This document shows, one piece after another, positions 6,645-20,300 of a DNA stretch of 32,000 nt. Where the stretch lies: NCBI RefSeq assembly GCF_000406145.1, contig NZ_CM001976.1, positions 3,071,337-3,103,336 of the forward strand, in the 5' to 3' direction. The notes beneath the pieces were generated by a model. The model was not told the DNA's origin. It saw only the letters and a program-made list of their open reading frames with translations, and searched no databases. The position numbers and the translations under genes were made by a program. Position 1 is the first letter of the stretch. The number at the start of each line of letters is the position of its first letter. The stretch is from Dickeya dadantii NCPPB 898 (GTDB taxonomy: Bacteria; Pseudomonadota; Gammaproteobacteria; Enterobacterales; Enterobacteriaceae).

Positions 6645-7931
6645 TCACGCTTTAGGAATGATGACTTTCAGATTTTCAAAACCATGTAAAAAATTGGAGT
6701 AGCTACGTTCCGGCTCTTCAAGTACTTCGATTCTGGAAAAACGCTTGAGAATTTCTTCCCAGATAACCGTCAGTTGCATTTCGGCAACCCGGCTGCCGAT
6801 GCAGGCATGTACTCCAACGCCAAAGGAGAGATGCCGGCGGGCGCGTTCACGGTCGATGCTGAAGGTATCGGGATCTTCAATCGCCGAGGCATCGCGGTTA
6901 CCGGACGTGTACCACATGACGACACGGTCGCCTTCCTTGATGTTTTTGCCACGGATTTCAACATCGCGGGTGGCAACACGGCTCATAAAGTTGACCGGGG
7001 GGTGAAAGCGCAGCGTTTCCGATATCATCGGCATCACCAGCTTAGGATTTGCTTTGAGTTTGGCGAACTCTTCCGGATATTTATCAAGCAAGTAAAGGCT
7101 GCTGGAGATAGTGTTACGCGTCGTGTCGTTACCACCGATGATCAGCAGCACAATGGTGCCGCGGAACTGTTCTAACGTCATATCGCGCGTGTCGGGGTGA
7201 TGAGCCAGCATCGAGATAAGGTCATAGCTTGGCGGCCCATTACGGCGTTTTTCCCACAGCGCCTCAAAGACTTGATAGCATTTAACGGTTTCTTCCGCCT
7301 TTTGCTCCCAGCTTTTCACCAGGCCATGCCCCGGCTCGAACATCAGCAGGTCAGACCAAAATGTCAGCTTACGGCGCTCTTCAAACGGAAAGTCGAGCAG
7401 CGTCGCCAGTACTGTCGCCGTAAGCTCCTTGGATACCAAATCCACCCAGTCAAAAGGCTCGCCGATTGGCAGGCTGTCGAGAATAATTCCCGCACGTTCC
7501 CGCATTATCGGCTCCATTTGAGCCAGGCTGGAAGGCCCCACGGCCGGTGTTACCGCCTTGCGGTGTTTAGTATGCTCAGGGGGATCCATCGTGATGAAGC
7601 CAACGTTTTTGCGCCGTTCATGGCCCAGAGCCTGCAGCGCCGCTTCGAGTTTGATCTTCTCTTCAATCGATTTCAGATCGATGTTCTGCGTGGAGGTGAA
7701 ATCACGATAGTTATTGCCAACAGCGCGAATATCCTCCCACAGCGTGAGCGACCAGTAAGGCCCAAATTCGCTTTCCGGCGTGAAATGCACCGGGTCTTCG
7801 CGTCTGAGACGTTCAAACATCGGCAATTCGGCAGCATTAATGAAACGATCCCGACTTGCCGGGTTGATTTTCTCCAACGGGACCGCGTCAATATCCTCAA
7901 AAACATCCTGTAATTGTTTAGTCATTTTCAT
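6645..7931 (-). CDS. cytochrome P450, CYP153-like (428 aa)
   Basis: Motifs present: heme loop HLSFGVGVHACIGSRVAE, I-helix LLIIGGNDTTRNT, ExxR (ETLR). Long stretches resemble CYP153 alkane/fatty-acyl omega-hydroxylases as I remember them (EDPVH, GPYWS, MDPPEH, FDWV, VMWYTSGNRD, EMQLTVIWEEILKRF). No ferredoxin or ferredoxin reductase lies next to it. Confidence 0.93.
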   Translation of the reverse strand: MKMTKQLQDVFEDIDAVPLEKINPASRDRFINAAELPMFERLRREDPVHFTPESEFGPYWSLTLWEDIRAVGNNYRDFTSTQNIDLKSIEEKIKLEAALQALGHERRKNVGFITMDPPEHTKHRKAVTPAVGPSSLAQMEPIMRERAGIILDSLPIGEPFDWVDLVSKELTATVLATLLDFPFEERRKLTFWSDLLMFEPGHGLVKSWEQKAEETVKCYQVFEALWEKRRNGPPSYDLISMLAHHPDTRDMTLEQFRGTIVLLIIGGNDTTRNTISSSLYLLDKYPEEFAKLKANPKLVMPMISETLRFHPPVNFMSRVATRDVEIRGKNIKEGDRVVMWYTSGNRDASAIEDPDTFSIDRERARRHLSFGVGVHACIGSRVAEMQLTVIWEEILKRFSRIEVLEEPERSYSNFLHGFENLKVIIPKA

Positions 7932-7953
7932 CCACTCATTACGTTTTTAGACA

Positions 7954-7996
7954 GTGCTGCAACACTTTCGATAGTGCTTCGATAATGCCGCAGCAC
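7954..7996. repeat. nested inverted and direct repeats in the NRPS-3/P450 intergenic gap
   Basis: A 7-bp inverted repeat, GTGCTGC (7954-7960) and GCAGCAC (7990-7996), encloses two TTCGATARTG copies (7967-7976 and 7978-7987) with an 11-bp period. Confidence 0.4.
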
Positions 7997-8059
7997 ATGG
8001 CCGCAGAAGGGGCCTATTGACGAATTCCGGCACCTTCCATGGTACGCGGACGCAAGCCT

Positions 8060-11000
8060 TTACTGGGCTGCGCCCACATGCACAAACTGAAGCCACCATC
8101 GCGCCAGCTCGGTGACATGCGGGGCTTTCAGCACGGTAAAGTGCTGCGCCGGTCCCGCGATGGTTTCCAGCTCTTCAACCCAGCGGGCCCATCCCGCCGC
8201 ATCTTCACCTCGACGATGACGATCCTCGTCGGCATCCCTCCACGGATCGCGCACCTGTATCAGGTTTACCTGGCCGCGGTAGCGTGCCGCCGGCAGATAG
8301 TGCGTTTGTCGCGCGGCATAAAAGGTTTGCCACGAGCCTTGCAGCAGCCGCGAAGACGAATTGACCGGAATTTTCCCCGCGCGATGCAGGTGCTGGTGCA
8401 CGGCAGCCAACACCTGTTCAAGGTCGTGGCTGCCGTAAAGGGATTCATCAATCTCCAGCGTCGTCTCTAAATTGAACCCGATGCTTTCGACATACTCGCG
8501 CAGGCACGCAGCCAGGCTCGGCGTTACGGCGGCATCCATACTGCCGAGAGGCGCTTCGGAATCGATCAGCGTCAACGACGCCACGCGGCCCCCCTGGGCC
8601 GTTAATCGGCGCGCCATGTCGAACGCAACCTGCCCGCCGAAAGAGTGACCAAGCAGATGAATCGGCGTCTTTTCACTGATACCCGCCAGACGAATAGCCG
8701 CCAGGTTACGTGCAGCCGCCGCTTCAACCGACAGCTCAGGGACGTCAACGCCATCAATCCCTTTAGGCAGCAAGCCATAAACCGGCTGCCCGCCGGGCAA
8801 TGCCTGTACGAACGGCATGAAATCCGTAACGCCCGCCCCGGCACCGGGCACGCAAAACAGCGGCGTGCCATTGGCCGCGCCTTTTTGCAAGGTGATTAGC
8901 GGATTGAAATCAGCCGTCGCCGCGGCAACTGAGCGCGCCGCTGGGCGTTGCTTCGCGCCAGCCTCACCGGGCGCCGGATGACAGAGCGCATCAAGCTGAT
9001 CGATCGGCGCATCCGGGGTGGAAACCATCGCTTCAAGCGTGGCGAGATAGCCGACGGCCATACGCTCGGCGGTTTCACGGCGAAACAGATCGACGGCATA
9101 TTCCAGAATGCCATCCATACCCAGCGGCTCACCGTCCTCGCTGTATTTTTCGTACAGCATGAAATAGAGATCCCACTTGGCGTTACCGCTGTGGGCGGGG
9201 TAGACCTGCGCCTTCAGGCCAGGAATATCAAAGGTTTCCGATGGCGCGTTTTGCAGAATCATCATGGTCTGGAACAGCGGATAATGCGACGGCGAGCGCA
9301 CCGGCAATAATTCGCCGACCAGCTTCAGGTAAGGAATATCCTGATGACCATACGAGCTTAACGCCTGTGTGCGTACCCGTTCGAGCACCTCATTAACACG
9401 GGGATTCCCGGAGGTATCGACACGCATCACCCATTGCGTCAGGAAACATCCCACCAGCTCATTCAGCGCGTCGTCGCTACGCCCTGCGGAAACCGCGCCA
9501 AGCGGGATATCTTCGCCCGCGCCCAGTTGGGTGTAATAGATGCCCAGCGCCGCCTGCAATACCATCGACAACGTCATATTGCGATCGCGCGCAAGGGCGC
9601 TCAAACGCCGGTGCAAACGAGCATCGATCTGCAAAGGCAACATCTCGCCGCGATAGCTGGGTTTTGCCGGGCGCGGGTAATCCTCCGGCAGCGCGAGCGT
9701 CGCGGGTAAGCCCGCCAGCGTTGTCTTCCAGTACGCCAACTGTTCTGCAAACAGGCTGTTCGGATCATTCGGATCGCCGAGTAGCTCACGGTGCCACACC
9801 GCGTAGTCGGCATATTGCACCGGCAACGGAGCGAACCGCGGCGCGTGGCCGGCAAGACGCGCCTGATAGGCACGCGTGAGATCCCGTGTCAGCGGTGCCA
9901 GCGAAAACGCATCGCAGGCAATATGGTGGAATAGCATCACCAGAATGTGGGTTTGTGGCCCGACCCGGAGTATCGAAGGACGGAACGGCAGATCAACCGA
10001 CAGATCGAACACCGAGGTAATTGCGGTAAATACCGCCTGATGCACCTGCTCCGCGCTCACTTCACTGTACGGGATGTCGAAATGGACATCGGCGAATGGC
10101 GCGACCACCTGCACCGGTTGCCCCTCCACCACCCCAAAACGGGTGCGCAGCGTTTCATGACGCTCCACCAGATCGTACAGCGCCGCCGTTAACGCCGCCT
10201 GATCCAGCTCGCCCTCAAGCGAGACGACAATCGGCGTATTGAGCGATGAATTATCACCACGGGTATTCTGCCCAACCCACATCAACTGCTGGCCGTAAGA
10301 TACCGGCAGGGGATCGGGGCGCGGCTCGACCTTACGTAGCGGCTGACGGACGTTGGTATGCTCATCAAGCTGTTTCGCCAGACTTGCCACCGTAGGGTTT
10401 TCAAACAGCAGCCGCACCGGCAGTTCAATACCCAAGCGGCTGCGAATACGGGCGATTAATCCGGTAGCCAGAATCGAGTGTCCGCCCATCGCAAAAAAGT
10501 CATCGTCAATGCCGATTTGCGGATGCTGAAGTAATTCGGCATACAGCTCGCACAGCGCCGCCTCCCGCGCGTTACGCGGCGCCCGATAGGCGGTGGCATC
10601 GCTGAATTCCACCGCCGGCAGCGCCTTGCGGTCCACTTTTCCGTTAGCGGTCAGCGGGAATTGCGCCAGCGCCACGATACGCGCCGGCACCATATAGTCA
10701 GGCAAACGTTCACTCAGATAATCCTGCAACGCCGCCTCAGAGGCGTGCAGCCCAGCGCTAACCACGTAGGCGACCAGACGCTTGCCGCCGCCGTTATCCA
10801 CCGCCAGCACCAACGCGTTATCGACGTGCGGATGCTCGGCCAGACGCGCCTCTATCTCGCCCAGCTCAATACGAAAACCACGCAGCTTGACCTGTTGATC
10901 GTTACGCCCCACAAAAACAAGGTTGCCATCGTCCTGATAGCGCACCAGATCGCCGGTGCGATACAGGCGGGTGCGCGGCTCAGCCGAAAACGGATTGGCA

Positions 11001-13779
11001 ACGAAACGTTCGGCGGTCAGCTCGGCACGATTCAGATACCCCAGCGCGACGCCGTCCCCGCCGATATACAGCTCGCCAATGGCGCCTAATGGCGCGGGAT
11101 GCTGATGCTTATCCAGCACGTAAAGCTGGGTATTGCCGATGGGGCGCCCGATAGGAATGCTGGCCGCATTGGCCGCAACGTCATGGATCGGGTAGGTAGT
11201 GGCAAAAGTGGTGGTTTCAGTCGGGCCGTAGCCATTAACCAGCTTCGCCGATGGCGTCGCGCGCAGCACCTGGGCAATGATGTTCGGATCGAGCGCATCG
11301 CCGCCGATGAACAGAGACGTGAACTGCGCAATCACCGGGGCCAGTTCGCTATACAGCTGGTTGAACAAGCCCACGGTCAGCCACATCTGGTTCACGCGAT
11401 GCTGCTGAAGCGTACGCACCAGCCGTGCCGGCGTGAGCAAGGTATCCTGATCAATCACCACGCAGGCGCCGCCATTGAGCAACGGCGCCCATATCTCCAG
11501 CGTACTCGCATCAAAGGCCGTGTTGGCGGCAAGCGCCATGCGATCGCCCGGCGCAAACACGCCGACACCGCTATTAATCACCAGACGATTGATAGCGTAA
11601 TGCGGCACCAATACGCCTTTCGGTATACCGGTGGAACCGGAGGTATAGATGATATAAGCCGGCGCGGCGGCGGCAACCTGCACGTCGACGGCGTCGGCGC
11701 TCGCCTGCGTCACCTCAGCGCTATCGACGTCAATCACCGGCAGATTGATGTCTGCCGCCAGCGCGTGATGGCCGTCGCTGATCAGGAAGCGAGCGGAGCA
11801 ATCCTCGATAACCCAGCTTAACCGCTCTTGCGGCGCCAGTGGATCCAGCGGCACGTAGGTCGCGCCCGCCTTGAGTATGGCAAGCGTCGCCGCCAGCAAT
11901 GCGCTGCCACGCGGCAGCAATAGCGCCACGAAATCCCCCGGCTGTACCCCGCGGGCTACCAGCACCTGCGCCAGTTGGTTGGCGCGCTGATTCAGACGGT
12001 CATAACTCATCCGCGCTTCGCCGTCGATGACCGCAATCGCTTCTGGCGTGCGGGCCGCCTGTTGCTCGAACAACCGGTGAACAGGCTCATTCGCGGGATA
12101 AGCGGCTGCCGTCGCGTTCCAGTCAACCAGCAGTCGCGTGCGTTCGCCAGCGGGCAGAATTTCCAGCGCATGCATCGGCCTGACGGGGTCGCCGTCCAGC
12201 GCATCGGCCAGGCTTTTCATGGTCTGCTGGAGATAGCCGATAATCCGTTGTGCAGACAACGGCGCTGCCGCGAGCACGTTCAGGCGCAACGTCTCACCGA
12301 AGTCATCCACCGACACGGTCAGCGGGTAATCGGTGCGCTCTTCGAAGCCGTGCCATTCCACGTCATCACGTTCACCGGACACATCAACGCGTTCGTCTTC
12401 CGCCTGCTGGTTGTGGCGGTAGTTGAACAGCACATTGAACAAGGCCGTCGGCGGCGCAATACCGCTGCAACGCTGAGCCAAACTGAGAGCAGCGTGTTCA
12501 TGATCCAGTAATGCCGCCAGACGCTTGTGCGTCAAACGGACACTCTCTTCCACGCCGACATTCCCCAGGTCCAGGCGGATCGGCAGCGTATTAATGAACG
12601 GCCCCATGATCTGATCGGCGCCCTCGCCGGCCTGCAATCGGCCCAGCAGGATGGTGCCGAACACCACCGTGTCGCTGTCGCTGGCGCGTGCCATCACCTG
12701 CCCCCACACCAGGTGACAGAGGCTCCCCATGCTGACGCCAAGACGGCGTGCATGAGCACGTAAACGCGCGACGATAGTCGGCTCTACATTGTGGCGCAGC
12801 TCAACAACGCTGGCGTTGTCCACCGCCCCATTAGCCATGCCAAACGCGAGCGTCGGCGCATCGATGTCTCCCAGCATCTGGCGGAAGAATTGCTCGTGCT
12901 GTGCATCGGACGCCCCTGCACGTATCCTGGCGATCAGGCGACGGAACGGTTGCGGCGCGGGCAATAGCTGACCACGCCCCATGATAAAGGCCGTAATATC
13001 GCGGATCATGATCTGCAACGAGGCGATATCATCGACCAGGTGATGCAGCAGCATCAGCATTTCCCAGCGCCCGCTTTGCCGGTCCTGCGCGACATACAGG
13101 CTCAGCAGCGGCGCCTGAGTCAGGTCAATGCGGTAATGCGATGGATGATAGCGTTCGACCAATTGCGCCATGACAGGCCCATTGGCCGGGTCCAGCTCCA
13201 CTTCCGTGACCTGGACGCGGGCGTGACGCAGCACTACCTGTGCCGAGCGCGACAGCCCGCGCGAGAAAAACGCCGTGCGCAGAATGTCATGCCGGTTAAT
13301 AGTGTGCTGAACCGCCGCCACGTATTGCGTCATCACCTCACGGTTAGCCAGTGAGATCCTGGCGAACTGTAGGTAAGGGTCCCCCTTGTCGCTCAACTGG
13401 TGCAGGAAGAGGATCCCTTCCTGCAACGGCGTCAATGCGTAGATATCCTGCACATTCGCTACGCCGCCCGGTACGCTGGCGACAATATGCGCAATATCAG
13501 CCTGAGTGAGATCAATCAGCGGCAGCATATCTGGCGTCAGCCGGGTAGTCTCCGGAGCGATCCGATTCGCCGGCACGCCTGAACCGCTATTCCCGCCTGG
13601 CGAGGATAACTCTCGCCCCTGGCGCAGCGCGTCGACGAGCGCCGGTTTGTGCTCCCGCAACGCCGCCTTGATATCAGGGGTCAACGACCCCTTCGCTGCC
13701 TTGATGACCAGAGATTCGCCATCCAGCGATAAGGCGATATTGGCTTTCCCCAGTCTCTGCCACAGGTCATCGAAATCGA

Positions 13780-13783
<4 letters not shown>
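8060..13783 (-). CDS. NRPS-3: docking-C-A(Val-like)-PCP-C-TE (1907 aa)
   Basis: Motifs present: PLQEGILF, RHDILRTAF, HHLVDDIAS; AYIIYTSGSTGIPKG, NGYGPTETT, YRTGD, LRGFRIELGEIE, PLTANGKVDRKAL; FFAMGGHSI; SYGQQLMW, RHETLRTRF, HHIACDAFS; GHSFGG. An ATGA overlap links it to NRPS-2. Confidence 0.95.
8063..8911 (-). other. NRPS-3 domain: thioesterase (TE)
   Basis: aa ~1625-1907: PLFCVPGAGAGV, the GHSFGG nucleophile elbow, LIDSEAP (Asp) and AGPAQHFTVL (His). Confidence 0.85.
8984..10321 (-). other. NRPS-3 domain: terminal condensation domain (LCL-like) with no cognate A/PCP
   Basis: aa ~1155-1600: LPVSYGQQLMW, ERHETLRTRF, an intact HHIACDAFS, YADYAVW, YWKTTL, HQDIPY, YPLFQTMMIL. The TE follows it directly. 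Confidence 0.85.
10364..10588 (-). other. NRPS-3 domain: PCP
   Basis: aa ~1066-1140: DDFFAMGGHSILATGLIARI. Confidence 0.9.
10616..12130 (-). other. NRPS-3 domain: adenylation, hand-read code DALWFGGTFK (closest to Val codes)
   Basis: aa ~552-1056. I read the ten Stachelhaus positions by aligning to GrsA-PheA from memory: D758 A759 L762 W801 F825 G827 G851 T859 F860 K1049. Confidence 0.7.
12149..13576 (-). other. NRPS-3 domain: condensation (paralogue family with HHLxDDIxS)
   Basis: aa ~70-545: VQDIYALTPLQEGILF, DPYLQ, RHDILRTAF, LLHHLVDDIAS, VVFGTILLGR...MGPFINTLPIRL, FNYRHN. Confidence 0.9.
13616..13783 (-). other. NRPS-3 N-terminal TubC-type (beta-hairpin) docking domain
   Basis: aa 1-56: MIDFDDLWQRLGKANIALSLDGESLVIKAAKGSLTPDIKAALREHKPALVDALRQG. 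This fits the helix / beta-hairpin / helix pattern of TubC-like docking domains. Confidence 0.7.
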
Positions 13784-17271
<3,488 letters not shown>

Positions 17272-17325
17272 TCTTTATCCTCCGTGATAATAACTTTTAT
17301 TCGATGGTGATTGACGTAATGCAAT

Positions 17326-17352
17326 GCGACGAAACGACCGGGCGACGAAACG
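17326..17352. repeat. 11-bp direct repeat in the NRPS-1/NRPS-2 intergenic gap
   Basis: GCGACGAAACG occurs at 17326-17336 and 17342-17352 with a 5-nt spacer. It lies inside the only sizeable gap between core genes (119 bp). Confidence 0.5.
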
Positions 17353-17390
17353 GCCAGGGTCGTTTGGCAAGCGTGTTGGGAATAGCATCG

Positions 17391-20300
17391 TCACAGGCGA
17401 GTCTCCGCAAGCTCGATGGTTCTGGCCGCAAGGTCTGCCAGAATAGGCGTGTCAAAAAGTGTGCGTATCTCGATGCTGAGCCCTCTTCGACGCAACTGTT
17501 CAATCAAACGCACGGCTAGCAGCGAATAGCCGCCGAGTTCAAAAAAGTGGTCCTGACGTCCGATCCGCTCGACACCCAGAAGTTCTTCCCAGATAGACGC
17601 CATGGTGATTTCCATGCTGCCCTGTGGCGGAACATACGCGCGCCGGGCGAAGGACATCTCATCCGGCGGCACCAGGGCGTTACGGTCTATCTTGCCATTC
17701 GGCGTCAGCGGTAAAGATTTGAGCGTCACGAAGGCGGACGGGACCATATAATCCGGCAACGTATCCTGAAGGTGCTTACGTAACGCCTTACGGCTAAACA
17801 GGGTCTGTACCAGACCTTTGAGCGTCGCCGCGTGTTCCAGCGCCGGCAACGCATTCTCAGGCACGATCCAATCGATCAAACAGGCCACCTCGTTCACACC
17901 GGCCTCCTGTAGCTTCTCCGCCACGGACAGTGCGGATTCCGGCGTACCAATAAATGACAGCTCGCGGGTATAGCGCTTGAAAGCGAACTCCAGCATGCTG
18001 CGTTTATCCGCGCTGGGGAGCGTATCGAGGTGAATGTTCTGCTCTTTGAGCCAGCCCGAAAGTAAACTGAGGTGCCCTTCCAGATAATCAAGGAACGGCC
18101 CTTTCGCCTGTTCCAACACCTCGTCAAGGTTCTCCCCCAGGTAGGTATGAATCATCACCGTCACCGTGCCGGTGCGGGGATCGAATCCCGCGTTTTCACG
18201 CGCCGTGCGGTATATCTCGATATTTTTAGCCAGCTTCTCGATATTCTGCGTGAGCATGTGGGTCAGCAAATGCGCCCCGCTGCGGCCGGCATACTCAAAG
18301 GTTTCCGATGCACCGGCGGCGGTTACCCAAATCGGCAGTTGCTTTTGCACCGGCGCGGGGTAAATCCGGACTGAAATGTCCTCCCCATGACTATCCCGGC
18401 GGGAAACACTGCCGCCCTGCCACAGCGTTTTCAGCTCCTCAATGCCTTTCTGCATCAATTCGCGGCGCTCATCGTAATTCTGCGGCGCCAGGACAAAGTC
18501 CTGCTTATTCCAGCCAGAAGCGACGCCGATGCCGACGCGGCCGTTCGACAGGTTGTCGAGTATCGCCCAGTCTTCCGCCACGCGGAGCGTATCGTGCAAC
18601 GGCAGCACCACGCTGCCGGGACGCAGCTGGATATGGCGTGTTCTGGCCAACAGCGAGGCGCTTAACAGCGCTGGATTGGCGAACAGCCCCCCGACGCGGT
18701 GGAAGTGACGTTCCGGCGTCCACACGGCGGTGAAACCGTGTTTATCACCAAACTCCGCCACCTCCGCGTAATGGTTATAAGCCTGTACGGCATCGCTGCT
18801 GGCGCCGAAGAAGAACAGGCTAAAATCGAGGTTGTCACTGTGGGCCGATGCCTCTGCCACATACTCTTCGGTGGCGCCGGGAACCACATACGCCACCAGC
18901 CGCGTCTCCCCGGAGATATCTTCTCTGGCGACCACCACCGCTTCACGCACCCAGGGATGGCTCAACAACCGCGCTTCGATTTCACCCAGTTCGATACGAT
19001 GCCCACGCAACTTCAGCTGATGGTCGGTACGCCCGAGGAAAATCAGGCGGCCATCGGCCATAAACTGCGCGAAATCCCCGGTACGATAGAGACGAGCCGC
19101 CGGATCGGTTGAGAACGGATCGGAGATAAAACGTTCGGCGGTCAGCTCTGGACGCTGGTGATAACCACGGGCAACCCCGTCGCCGCCGATATACAACTCC
19201 CCGATAGCGCCCATCGGCACCGGTTTGCCATGCTTATCCAGCAGATAGACTTGCGTGTTGGCAATCGGGCGGCCTATCGACTGGTTGTATTGCGTGACGT
19301 CCTCTGCATTGACGCGATTGCAGGTTGACCACACCGTGGTTTCCGTCGGCCCGTAGAGGTTCCACAATGACTCGCCGAAGGCATGCAAACGCGTCGCCAA
19401 ATCGCTGGGCAGCGCTTCGCCGCCGCAAAGGATCTTCAGTTGCTTGTGCGGTGTGGCGTCGGTATCCACCAGCAAGCGCCAGGTGGTCGGCGTGGCTTGC
19501 ATGATGGTGATGTTCAGGGTTTGCAACAGGTTAAGCAGCGCGTGAGGATCCATCGCCTGACTGCGGCTCGCCAGCACAATCGACGCGCCCGTCATCAACG
19601 GCAGATACAGCTCAAGCCCGGCAATATCAAATGAGATGCTGGTGACCGAGAGCAAACAATCTTCGGCGCCGAGGTTGAACAGTGCCTGCATCCCGCTCAG
19701 AAAATTGACCACCTGACGATGCTCAACCATCACCCCTTTCGGCTTGCCGGTAGAACCCGAGGTGTAAATCACGTAAGCCAGGTGGCTGGCGTTGAGCGTC
19801 GCCACATCGGGGTTGCCGCCAGGCAGTTCTTCCCAACGAGCGCCATCACGCTCCAGATCGACCACCGTGACATCACTGCCGGTCGTCGCCCCAAAGACGT
19901 CGCGTCCACGCTGGTCAACCACCAGTACCTTAGGCGTGGCATCCTCAAGAATATAAGCCAGCCGTGTGGTGGGATATTCAGGGTCGAGCGGCACGTAGGC
20001 CCCGCCGGCTTTGAGGGTCGCCAGCAAAGCTACCAGCATCGTTTCAGTGCGTTCCGTACACACCGCTACGCGCGTATCCGGCCTCACCCCCTGGGCTATC
20101 AAATGGTGAGCAAGACGGTTGGCACGCTGATTAAGCTCGGCATAGCTGAGGCGAACGTTCCCCATTTGCAGCGCCAGCGCCTGTGGTCGTTGTTCGACCT
20201 GCCACTCGAACAACTGATGGATCGTCGCCGTCGCCGGGAACGGCACCGCGGTATCATTCCAGGTTTTCAGCAGATGCCGGCGCTCTTCCGGCGGCAGAAT

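Noticed and set aside
6389-6702. ORF 6481..6702 (+, TTG start) and tiny minus-strand ORFs (14-20 aa) in the 256-bp P450-MBL gap, checked as possible RiPP-like precursors.
   Set aside because: None has an SD or a plausible peptide composition, and the + ORF overlaps the P450 3' end.
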